DNA of 64,000 bases from NCBI GenBank assembly GCA_021163295.1, contig JAGGXD010000012.1, forward strand, positions 65-64,064. The letters are read 5' to 3'. The notes beneath the pieces are model-generated. The model was given only the letters and a program-made list of their open reading frames with translations. It ran no database searches and was not told the origin of the DNA. The stretch comes from Bacteroidales bacterium. Its GTDB lineage: Bacteria > Bacteroidota > Bacteroidia > Bacteroidales > VadinHA17. This document shows, piece after piece, positions 46,190 to 55,024 of this stretch (the first letter of the stretch is position 1; every line of letters begins with the position of its first letter). The translations under genes were made by a program, and so were the position numbers.

Positions 46190-48871
46190 ATGAATTTTAA
46201 AAAGATTTTCTCATTTTGCTTCCTTATCCTTGTCGTTTTGATAACCTCTTTATCAACCCGGGGACAGGAGGCAAACCCTTATCTTTCAAAATGGGATAAA
46301 TTCAACTTATCGGGGGATTCGCTTCCGGTAATAATGCCTTATAATCGTATTATTGATCCGGCAGGAGAACAGATTTATTTCGGAGACAATTACCTGGAGA
46401 ATCATGCACTGGATTGTGCCTTATCGCCTGACAATAAAATTCTTGCTATTGAAGGGCGGTATCGTATTGTCTTCTACGATGTTAAATCGGGTAAAATTAT
46501 TTCTGAACTTAAACCCGGGAACAACCCGGTTTTGACCGGTGCAAAAAATACATTTTCGGGGATAAAATGGTATCAAAAAGGAAAACAACAATATGTTTTG
46601 TGGAGTCTGGTTGGCTCCAATAAACGATCTTATGTGGTTAAAGCGAAATGGGATGGGCAAAAAGCAACAGTTACCAATAGTTATTTTTTTGAAGCTTTAA
46701 ATCCCTCTCCGGTGGCATTACCCAATGAAATTGAGATTCTGAGAGAAGAGGCGGGAGATTATTTGGTTGTCGTTTTAAATGGGAATAATCAGGTTGTGAA
46801 AATAAATCTGGAGACAGATAAAATAATTTGGAAAACAAATGTTGGAGTTGCTCCTTACGGATTGGTTGCAGCTAACGGAAAATTATTTGTAACCAATTGG
46901 GGTGGTCGGATTCCCGATGAATCAGATACTGATGTAGCAGGTGTTCCCTGGGGCAAAGTTAAAACAAACCCTGAAAACGGGTCAACCCGTGAAGGTTCGG
47001 TTAATGTTCTTGATCCGGTTACCGGAAATGTTCTCCGGGAAATCTTGGTAGGGCTCCATCCCAATGATATTATTAAAAGCCCGGATGAGAGGTATATTTA
47101 TGTTGCCAATGCCAACAGTGATAATATTTCGGTAATCGATACTAAACAAGAGATAGTAACAGAAACCATTTCTGTGAGATTGTTAGCGGAAAAAAATCCT
47201 TTTTGGGGTTCCTCACCTAATGGTCTTGAAGTTTCGGGTAATGGGAAAACCCTTTTTGTAGCCAATGGCATGGATAATGCCGTAGCTGTTGTTAAACTGG
47301 GAAAAAATTCTTCTGCAAAAGGAAGGGAAAATGAAAGTGAAGTTACCGGTTTTATTCCAACAGGAGCATACCCCGGTGCCGTTTGTTTGTTAAAAAACAG
47401 GGATCTTTTTGTGGCAAATATTGAAGCGGAAGGAGCAAGAATAGCCGGCTCTAAAAAACTTTCCGGCGGAGCGCCCGTATTTAATTCTCACCAGATGATG
47501 GCTTCGGTTTCCAGAATAAGAGTTCCCGGTAAAAAGACGCTTACAGCTTTCTCAAAAAGGGTTGTAATTACTAATCAATTATTCCGGATAAGTCTTACCC
47601 TTGAAACACCACGAAAAAATGTCACCCCGGTACCTGTCCCGGTACGTATCGGTGAACCTTCGGTTTTTAAACATGTGGTGTATATAATTAAGGAAAACAG
47701 GACGTATGATCAGGTTCTTGGCGACCTGCCGGAAGGGGACGGGGAACCCGAACTTTGTATTTTTGGAGAAAAGATAACTCCAAATACCCATAAACTGGCG
47801 AAACAATTTGTACTACTTGATAACTATTATGTATCCGGAAAATCTTCAGCTGAGGGGCATCAGTGGACCGATGCATCAATTGTAACCGATTATATTGAAA
47901 AAAATGTGAGGGCATGGTTTCGTAGTTACCCGCATGTACAAACCGATGCTCTTGTTTATAGCCCTACAGGTTTTATATGGGATAATGCAGTTAGAAATGG
48001 GAAAAGTGTGTGTATTTATGGTGAAGCGGCAATTCCCGTGTTCAATGATACATTGAACTGGTCCGGTATCTATTCAAATTTTCTGAATAATAAACCATTT
48101 GTGTTTACTAACAAAACCACTATTGAACCTATGAGAAATTTACTTTCACCGGCGTATCCCGGTTACGATCATCATTCCATCCCGGATATTTTACGGGCTA
48201 AAGCATTTATTGATGAGATGAATAGTTATGAAAAAATGGAGGGGGACCGGTGGCCGGAATTAAGCATTATTGCTCTGCCTAATGATCATACGGCAGGTAC
48301 CCGTCCCGGATTTCCGACACCACGTGCTATGGTTGCCGATAATGACCTGGCTTTGGGTCAGATTGTTGAAGCTATCTCGAAGAGTAAATTCTGGGAAAAT
48401 ACAGTAATTTTTGTAACGGAAGATGATTCACAAAATGGATGGGATCATGTATCTGCCTATCGTACTTTGTGCCAGGTGATTAGTCCGTATTCCCAAACAC
48501 AGAAAACTTTAAGTCCCCAATACAACCAACCTTCAATGGTGCGTACGATTGAACAAATTTTAGGTTTACCCCCGATGAACATAATGGACGCTACAGCAAT
48601 GCCAATGTTTGATTGTTTCATTTCAAAACCCGATACATCTGCTTATCATGCTGTTCCAAACATTATTCCTCTCAATGAAATGAATCCTGACTTAACCGCC
48701 CTGCGCGGGAAAGCATTGCATTATGCAAAAAAGAGTATAGAACCTCAGTTTAATCATATTGACGGAGGTGATGATCAACTACTGAACCGGATTATATGGT
48801 TTGCCTTAAGAGGGGAGAAGAGTTTCCCTAAAGTTTATGCAGGAAGTGCCGAGGCAAAAGATAATGATTAA
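46190..48871 (+). CDS. Beta-propeller (YncE/YVTN-like) fused to a phosphoesterase (PLC/AcpA-type) domain, secreted
   Basis: 893 aa with a signal peptide and N-terminal propeller repeats (YVANANSDNISVID, LFVANGMDNAVAVV). The C-terminal domain has VVYIIKENRTYDQVLGDL and TEDDSQNGWDHV. Confidence 0.8.
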   Translation: MNFKKIFSFCFLILVVLITSLSTRGQEANPYLSKWDKFNLSGDSLPVIMPYNRIIDPAGEQIYFGDNYLENHALDCALSPDNKILAIEGRYRIVFYDVKSGKIISELKPGNNPVLTGAKNTFSGIKWYQKGKQQYVLWSLVGSNKRSYVVKAKWDGQKATVTNSYFFEALNPSPVALPNEIEILREEAGDYLVVVLNGNNQVVKINLETDKIIWKTNVGVAPYGLVAANGKLFVTNWGGRIPDESDTDVAGVPWGKVKTNPENGSTREGSVNVLDPVTGNVLREILVGLHPNDIIKSPDERYIYVANANSDNISVIDTKQEIVTETISVRLLAEKNPFWGSSPNGLEVSGNGKTLFVANGMDNAVAVVKLGKNSSAKGRENESEVTGFIPTGAYPGAVCLLKNRDLFVANIEAEGARIAGSKKLSGGAPVFNSHQMMASVSRIRVPGKKTLTAFSKRVVITNQLFRISLTLETPRKNVTPVPVPVRIGEPSVFKHVVYIIKENRTYDQVLGDLPEGDGEPELCIFGEKITPNTHKLAKQFVLLDNYYVSGKSSAEGHQWTDASIVTDYIEKNVRAWFRSYPHVQTDALVYSPTGFIWDNAVRNGKSVCIYGEAAIPVFNDTLNWSGIYSNFLNNKPFVFTNKTTIEPMRNLLSPAYPGYDHHSIPDILRAKAFIDEMNSYEKMEGDRWPELSIIALPNDHTAGTRPGFPTPRAMVADNDLALGQIVEAISKSKFWENTVIFVTEDDSQNGWDHVSAYRTLCQVISPYSQTQKTLSPQYNQPSMVRTIEQILGLPPMNIMDATAMPMFDCFISKPDTSAYHAVPNIIPLNEMNPDLTALRGKALHYAKKSIEPQFNHIDGGDDQLLNRIIWFALRGEKSFPKVYAGSAEAKDND

Positions 48872-48880
48872 GTCCCTCTT

Positions 48881-49828
48881 TTATTCATGCGAAGGTAACT
48901 TGTAATCTTCCCGGTAAGATGCCAGATGCCTGTTCACTTTCGAGATATATAAGTCTTTGAGCGTTATCATTATCCCTGTTTCCTCCACAGTGCCAAAATC
49001 ATTATTGATAATAGTGCCAAAGGTTTTCATTGTTGGGGACAGATTCATATATGAATTAATCAAAGGCGGGACATTTTCATCCAATTTTCGTACCTGCTGG
49101 GAAAGTAACTTGTAATTCTCAATGTAATCTTTTCCTGTTAATAAAGAAGTGATCTCTTTCCTGTTCAGGTCAAGAGGCATAGGATCAATAGGGGTTACAA
49201 GGTTATCAGGATCGCCAAAGTGCTTATAGAGGAAATGTAAGATCAGATCCCTTGCAAACCTGTCGAAATGCGGATACATTGTTACTTTTCCGAAGAAATA
49301 TCGCATTCCGGGATTGTCAATTACAATGGTTCCTAAGCCATCCCAGAGGTTGTCAAGAGCAAATAAACTTTTCCTTCTTTTACCGGAAGTAGAAAAAGGT
49401 TGCACAAAGGAACGTCCCAGTTCAACCATGTGAGGAAGGTATTCATTAATAAATTTTTCAGAGAAATTGAAATAATGGGATGTGGATAATTTATTAATAT
49501 CGAAACAATCCTTTCCTGCATCCATGCATTTATAAAAACGATAACCCCCTAATATCTCCTGATCTTCCGGATCCCAGACAATTAATTGCTCATACGGATC
49601 TTTCCGGGTGTCCATTTCATCAATATCAATCTTTTTCCCTGTACCTCCTCCCGCAAGCCTGAAAGCCATCTCCCTTAACCTGCCAACCTCCTGCATAAGC
49701 ATTGGTGAATTATGGTGTGTGAAAATATAGACTTCATTGTTACCGTAATTGGTTTTACGGACAAACCGTTCAGGCGTAAGTTCTTTCATCAGTTTTTCAC
49801 GTGGCACGGATCGGATAATAGCTTCCAT
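48881..49828 (-). CDS. OlsB/GlsB-type N-acyltransferase (N-acyl amino acid / glycine-lipid synthase, GNAT-like)
   Basis: 315 aa with MLMQEVGRLREMAFRLAGGGTGKKIDIDEMD...LIVWD, paired with a PlsC-type acyltransferase upstream. Confidence 0.7.
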   Translation of the reverse strand: MEAIIRSVPREKLMKELTPERFVRKTNYGNNEVYIFTHHNSPMLMQEVGRLREMAFRLAGGGTGKKIDIDEMDTRKDPYEQLIVWDPEDQEILGGYRFYKCMDAGKDCFDINKLSTSHYFNFSEKFINEYLPHMVELGRSFVQPFSTSGKRRKSLFALDNLWDGLGTIVIDNPGMRYFFGKVTMYPHFDRFARDLILHFLYKHFGDPDNLVTPIDPMPLDLNRKEITSLLTGKDYIENYKLLSQQVRKLDENVPPLINSYMNLSPTMKTFGTIINNDFGTVEETGIMITLKDLYISKVNRHLASYREDYKLPSHE

Positions 49829-49904
49829 TGAAATAGTAAATTATTTTATTGTAAAGTAAAGATAAAGATAAAATGTAGAATAAGTAAGGCTAAATTGGTT
49901 ATTT

Positions 49905-50008
49905 TGGAATAGTGGAATAATGGAAGAGTGGAATGATGGAAAAATAGAATAGTGGAAAAATGGGAAGAATTGAAAAGGCGAGACGGCGACTAAGCGACTG
50001 GGCGACAA
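49905..50008. repeat. 13-unit array with strict 8-bp phasing: about 9 units of TGGAAnnn followed by 4 units of GGCGACnn
   Basis: TGGAA-type starts at 49905, 13, 21, 29, 37, 45, 53 and 61. GCGA(G/C) at 49978, 86, 94 and 50002. It lies between the two lipid acyltransferase genes. Confidence 0.8.
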
Positions 50009-50068
50009 AGAGAAAACAGTAACAAAACATCAAACCCCAAACTTTGAACTTACTGGAAGCAGGGAATG

Positions 50069-50917
50069 TTAGAAAATATCTTCTCCTTCACCAAGAGAAT
50101 ATACGATTTTTTTAACCTTTTTCGCCCATGCTGCAGGTGATAATGTTATATCAAACATTCCGTATGATATGGGTTTGCCAAACCTGACAATGATTTTTTT
50201 ATCTTTTTGTTTAAACATTTCGTCAGGCAGGTAGATCATTTCAATATTTGATTTTATTCCCAGCAAAACTCTAAGATTGGCAAGATTATAAAAGAAATTA
50301 GAATTGCGGCCCGAGAAATGTACCGGGACAATATCCCTCTTATGTTTTACAGCTTTGGTAATAAAATGCTTTTTCCATTCAAGGTCTTCAATTTTCCCTT
50401 TCTTTTTTCTGGAACATAAACCTGCTGGGAAATAAAGGATTTGATCATCTGAAGCATATGATTTCTCAATTTGGATAACAGCTTGCTTATCCTGTTTTCC
50501 ATGTTTGTTTATAGGAAGGAAAATGGGATCAAGATTTTTAATATTCATTAACAGATCATTTACAGGGAATTTTAGCCGCGGCCAGATTTTACCGACTTCG
50601 TGGATAAAAACCAAACCGTCAAGTCCCCCTAAGGGATGATTCGAAACAAATAAAAACCGTCCTTCCTTTGGTAAATTTTCCAATCCTATCACTTCATAAT
50701 TTGTTTCCATGAATTTTAGACCCTCACGGATAAAATCAAGGCCCTCTAAATCTCCATGTAATTTGAGGAATTCGTTAAACTCATCCTGATGAATGATCTT
50801 TTTCAGATACCGGATCAGAAATGCAGGTAATATTTTAAGTAACCGTGGATTCTTATTTGCAATTACTTTCTCAATATCAATAAAAAATATTTCGGCTTGT
50901 TTTTCTTCACTTTTCAT
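50069..50917 (-). CDS. Lysophospholipid (PlsC/GlsA-type) O-acyltransferase
   Basis: H(x)4D motif SNHPLGGLDG. The start is taken at MKSEEKQ; the 23-codon upstream extension in the track looks like translated intergenic DNA. Confidence 0.75.
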   Translation of the reverse strand: MKSEEKQAEIFFIDIEKVIANKNPRLLKILPAFLIRYLKKIIHQDEFNEFLKLHGDLEGLDFIREGLKFMETNYEVIGLENLPKEGRFLFVSNHPLGGLDGLVFIHEVGKIWPRLKFPVNDLLMNIKNLDPIFLPINKHGKQDKQAVIQIEKSYASDDQILYFPAGLCSRKKKGKIEDLEWKKHFITKAVKHKRDIVPVHFSGRNSNFFYNLANLRVLLGIKSNIEMIYLPDEMFKQKDKKIIVRFGKPISYGMFDITLSPAAWAKKVKKIVYSLGEGEDIF

Positions 50918-51055
50918 TTTTGATTTTCTTAGAGAAGACACAAAGATCCACAAAAATAATCTAAAAAAAAACAGAAAATGTAACAAATTAAATGTCAGTT
51001 AATCCTCGATAATCCACAAAAAAACGGGCAAATTTTGATAAAAGTTATTAACAAA

Positions 51056-51090
51056 GTGGGGAAAAATGGGAAAAAGTGGTATTTTGTGGT
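51056..51090 (+). promoter_or_regulatory. Four direct nTGGn boxes with exact 10-bp phasing upstream of mraZ; candidate MraZ operator
   Basis: GTGGG at 51056, ATGGG at 51066, GTGGT at 51076 and GTGGT at 51086. The last box ends 37 nt before the mraZ ATG. Confidence 0.6.
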
Positions 51091-51126
51091 AAATTATTAT
51101 TTATTTTTACATTTTAATACTATATA

Positions 51127-51597
51127 ATGTCGACATTTATTGGTGACCATACATGCAAAGTTGATTCCAAAGGTAGGATTTTACTTCCATCTGCCTTTAA
51201 AAAACATATGCCAAAGATATTACAGGACAGGTTTGTGATAAAGAAAGATATTTTTGAGAAATGTCTTGTGCTCTACCCAATGGACGAGTGGGAACGACAG
51301 AATAAATTAATTCGCAGTCGTATTAATCCTTACAATAAGGAACAAAGTAAGTTCCTGAGAGATTTCTACAGGGGTACGGCTGAAATTGTTCTGGATAGTA
51401 ATAACCGTATGTTGATTCCTAAAAGATTACTTGAATTCGCATGTATAAAAAAGGAAGTAGTACTTGCCGGACAATACGGGAAAATTGAAATCTGGTCCGG
51501 AGAAAACTATAAAATATCCGGTGATGAGATGAAAGATTTTCCGGCTTTGGCAGAGAAGCTTATGGGTGGTTTACTTATTGATCCTGAAGAAGAATGA
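51127..51597 (+). CDS. mraZ: Transcriptional regulator MraZ
   Basis: 156 aa with duplicated SpoVT-AbrB-like halves (DSKGRILLPSAF, DSNNRMLIPKRL). Confidence 0.92.
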   Translation: MSTFIGDHTCKVDSKGRILLPSAFKKHMPKILQDRFVIKKDIFEKCLVLYPMDEWERQNKLIRSRINPYNKEQSKFLRDFYRGTAEIVLDSNNRMLIPKRLLEFACIKKEVVLAGQYGKIEIWSGENYKISGDEMKDFPALAEKLMGGLLIDPEEE

Positions 51598-52490
51598 TAT
51601 ACCATACACCGGTTCTTTTACATAAGAGCATTGAAGGATTGAAAATAAAGCCTGACGGGATTTATGTTGATGTAACTTTTGGGGGCGGAGGACATTCAAG
51701 AGAAATTCTAAATTATCTTAAGAATGGTCGTCTGGTTGCTTTCGATTCTGATAGTGATGCCATGGCTAATTCATTGAATGATAAAAAATTTATGTTACTG
51801 ACACAGAATTTCAGATTCTTAAGTAACAATTTGCGATTCCATGGAGTTCCCGGGATTGACGGATTGATAGCCGATCTGGGTATCTCATCGCATCAGATAG
51901 ATATTCCCGAAAGAGGCTTTTCTTTTCGTCATGATGCAATGTTGGATATGAGAATGAATTCCGCAGCAAAAAAATCCGCGATAGATATACTTTCTGAATA
52001 TAGTGTTCAAAAATTATCAGAGATATTCAGATACTATGGAGAAATCAGAAATGCAGGTCGGTTAGCCGGAAGGATCGATGAATTCAGGAAAACAAAAAGA
52101 ATAGAAAGAGTTTTTGATCTGGTGAATTTAGTAAAACCGTTAACCGGTCGTGGAGGGGAGAATAAATTTATGGCAAAGGTTTTTCAGGCATTAAGGATAG
52201 AGGTGAACGGCGAAATAGAGAATCTTAAACAGATGCTGATACAAACTGTGGATATTATGGATGCCGGTGCGCGCCTGGTTGTTATTACATATCATTCTCT
52301 TGAAGACAGATTAGTAAAGAATTTTATGCGCGCCGGCAATTTTACCGGCAACATAGAGAAAGATATCTATGGAAATTTTAAAGTTCCGTTTAAACAAATT
52401 AATCGTAAAGTGATAACCCCTGATGAAAACGAGTTATTGAAGAATAAAAGGGCACGTAGTGCCAAATTGCGTATCGCGGAAAGAATATAA
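51594..52490 (+). CDS. rsmH: 16S rRNA (cytosine1402-N4)-methyltransferase
   Basis: 298 aa with HTPVLL, VDVTFGGGGHS and DLGISSHQ motifs. Confidence 0.95.
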   Translation: MIYHTPVLLHKSIEGLKIKPDGIYVDVTFGGGGHSREILNYLKNGRLVAFDSDSDAMANSLNDKKFMLLTQNFRFLSNNLRFHGVPGIDGLIADLGISSHQIDIPERGFSFRHDAMLDMRMNSAAKKSAIDILSEYSVQKLSEIFRYYGEIRNAGRLAGRIDEFRKTKRIERVFDLVNLVKPLTGRGGENKFMAKVFQALRIEVNGEIENLKQMLIQTVDIMDAGARLVVITYHSLEDRLVKNFMRAGNFTGNIEKDIYGNFKVPFKQINRKVITPDENELLKNKRARSAKLRIAERI

Positions 52491-52504
52491 GTTTTTGAGC
52501 CAAT

Positions 52505-52894
52505 ATGGATAATGATAGAAAAAATATTGACTTCATTGATGAACCTGCTGATTACAGGGAGGGGAAAAAATTCTCTGCAAAAAATTTGATTGATGGTTCG
52601 GTATTAACCAGAAACTGGGTAGTTAACCAGGTGCCATTTATTATTTTCGTCACTTTTCTTGCAATTCTTTATATAGCCAATCGGTACCATGCAGAACGTG
52701 TTGTGAGGGAAACCGTGGAAATGCAGCGTGAAGTGAAAGAGCTAAGATTTGAATCAATAACAACGGCTGCCGATCTGATGTATATAAGTAAACAATCTGA
52801 AGTTGCCAGAATGGTTAAGGAAAAAATACCTGGATTGGAAGAACTGGTTGAGCCACCAAGCAAAATAGTTATAGATAGCAAAAAGGAACAGTAA
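52505..52894 (+). CDS. FtsL-like cell-division protein (Bacteroidota type)
   Basis: 129 aa with a single TM helix followed by a coiled coil, located between rsmH and ftsI. Confidence 0.7.
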   Translation: MDNDRKNIDFIDEPADYREGKKFSAKNLIDGSVLTRNWVVNQVPFIIFVTFLAILYIANRYHAERVVRETVEMQREVKELRFESITTAADLMYISKQSEVARMVKEKIPGLEELVEPPSKIVIDSKKEQ

Positions 52895-52896
52895 CA

Positions 52897-55017
52897 ATGT
52901 CATTAAAAAATCATATCGTTTGGAGAGTGGGTGTAGTGTACATTGGCATTTTTGTTCTTTCACTGGGCATCATAGGCAAGTTGTTTTTCCTTATTTATGT
53001 AGAAGGCAGCAAATGGGAGGAAAAAGCTGAAGAACATAATATGAAGTACATTACCATCGATCCCAATCGCGGGGATATCCTCGCTGATGATGGCCGCCTG
53101 CTTGCCAGTTCGGTTCCATATTATGAGATAAGGATGGATCTGATGAGTACTGCTATGTCAGATGAAATATTCATGAAAGAGGTTGATTCTCTGGCATTTT
53201 CTTTGTCAAAACTATTCAATGATAAATCAAAGGCTGCTTATAAGCTTGAAATTATCCGTGCCAGGGGAAATGGGGAAAGATACCATTTACTAAAAAAGGG
53301 AGTGAATTATATTGAATTGAAAAAGCTGAAAACTTTCCCCCTTTTCAGGCGTGGCCGGTATAAAGGCGGATTTATTTATATTCAGAAGAACAAAAGAATA
53401 TTACCTCATATAGAGCTGGCAGCCAGAACCATAGGGTATTTAACAAAGGAAAGATCGGGGAATGTAGTCGGCATTGAAGGAGCGTATGATCATGAGCTTT
53501 CAGGGATAGTTGGTGTAAGGTTAATGCAACGCCTTTCAGGTAATGTTTGGATGCCTGTAAATACCAACAATGAAGTAGAGCCGCGTGATGGTAATGAGGT
53601 AGTAACAACTATTGATATAAACCTGCAGGATGTTGCTGAGAATGCCCTGTTAAAACAGCTTTCCAGGCATAATGCACATCATGGTACTGCTATTCTTATG
53701 GAAGTTCAAACCGGCGAGATAAAAGCAATAGCTAATCTGGAAAGGGATAATGAGGGCAGGTATCATGAATCATACAATTATGGGATTGGCGAAAGTACTG
53801 AACCCGGATCAACTTTTAAACTTCCTGCACTTATAGCCGCCCTGGAAGACAAGGTGGTTAGTCTGGATGATACCATTGATACCGGTAATGGGAAAATACG
53901 GTATTATGATAAAACTATAAAGGATTCCAAAAAAGGCGGATATGGAAAAATAACGGTCAGACAGGTCTTTGAGTTATCTTCAAATGTAGGTATGTCAAAA
54001 ATAATCAACGAAAACTATAAAGGTCGTGAAAATCAGTTTATTAACAGGCTTTATGCAATGGGTCTCAATGAAAAACTTAATGTTGAGATAAAGGGTGAAG
54101 GGAGCCCGTATATTCAATATCCGGGAGATAAGTATTGGTCGGGGGTAAGTCTTCCAATGATTTCTCATGGGTATGAAGTCCGGATGACACCGTTACAGAT
54201 ACTTACATTCTATAATGCAGTTGCTAATAATGGCAAAATGGTAAAACCGGGTTTTGTCAGGGAGATAAGGTACCACGGAGAAAGAATACGAAAGTTTGAT
54301 ACTAAGGTGATAAATCCCTCAATCTGTTCTGATGAAACTATTCGTAAAGTCCACGAAATACTTGAGGGTGTTGTTGAAAATGGAACAGCTAAGAATCTCC
54401 GGAATGATAACTTTAAAATAGCAGGAAAAACGGGAACTGCACAGATCGCAAATGAAAAATATGGTTATAAGCAGGGATCAGAAGTATCATATCAGGCTTC
54501 GTTTGTAGGATATTTCCCGGCAGATAATCCAAAATATTCCTGTATTGTTGTTATTAATTCTCCTACCAGTTCAATTTACTATGGAAATCTGGTTGCAGGT
54601 CCTGTTTTTAAGGAAATTGCAGATAAAGTTTATGCCACCAGCTTGTTTCGGGATGAACAACATTATTTTAATATTTCTGAAACATATGACCCTCCATATA
54701 CAAAGAACGGGAATCTTGATGATCTGAAATTGATTTTTGAACGATTTAAAATAGCAACAATAAATGAAAATGTTGTTTCGGAATGGGTAGCAACGGTCAA
54801 GCAAGATTCAACTGTCCTGTTGAAGCCACTGGATATGCGTAAGGGAATAATGCCGAATGTTAAAGAGATGGGTCTTAGGGATGCTCTTTATATTCTTGAA
54901 AATATGGCTTTGAAAGTGGAAGTAAAAGGATATGGTAAAGTTATAAGACAGTCTGTTGTGCCGGGCACTAAAATATCTCCCGGATTAAAGGTGCTGCTTG
55001 AAATGAGTATGGGATAA
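52897..55017 (+). CDS. ftsI: Penicillin-binding protein (FtsI/PBP3-type transpeptidase) with a C-terminal PASTA-like domain
   Basis: 706 aa with the SxxK (GSTFK), SxN (SSN) and KTGT motifs. Confidence 0.92.
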   Translation: MSLKNHIVWRVGVVYIGIFVLSLGIIGKLFFLIYVEGSKWEEKAEEHNMKYITIDPNRGDILADDGRLLASSVPYYEIRMDLMSTAMSDEIFMKEVDSLAFSLSKLFNDKSKAAYKLEIIRARGNGERYHLLKKGVNYIELKKLKTFPLFRRGRYKGGFIYIQKNKRILPHIELAARTIGYLTKERSGNVVGIEGAYDHELSGIVGVRLMQRLSGNVWMPVNTNNEVEPRDGNEVVTTIDINLQDVAENALLKQLSRHNAHHGTAILMEVQTGEIKAIANLERDNEGRYHESYNYGIGESTEPGSTFKLPALIAALEDKVVSLDDTIDTGNGKIRYYDKTIKDSKKGGYGKITVRQVFELSSNVGMSKIINENYKGRENQFINRLYAMGLNEKLNVEIKGEGSPYIQYPGDKYWSGVSLPMISHGYEVRMTPLQILTFYNAVANNGKMVKPGFVREIRYHGERIRKFDTKVINPSICSDETIRKVHEILEGVVENGTAKNLRNDNFKIAGKTGTAQIANEKYGYKQGSEVSYQASFVGYFPADNPKYSCIVVINSPTSSIYYGNLVAGPVFKEIADKVYATSLFRDEQHYFNISETYDPPYTKNGNLDDLKLIFERFKIATINENVVSEWVATVKQDSTVLLKPLDMRKGIMPNVKEMGLRDALYILENMALKVEVKGYGKVIRQSVVPGTKISPGLKVLLEMSMG

Positions 55018-55024
55018 ATAGCAA

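Noticed and set aside
49905-50008. CRISPR array or coding repeat
   Set aside because: The units are 8 bp and contiguous with no unique spacers. The period is not a multiple of 3, and no cas genes are in the window.
50918-50986. N-terminal 23-codon extension of the PlsC-type acyltransferase (MLHFLFFFRLFLWIFVSSLRKSK)
   Set aside because: It is a Phe/Leu-rich translation of AT-rich intergenic DNA that contains one of the ATCCACAAAAA repeats. The family-typical sequence begins at MKSEEKQ.
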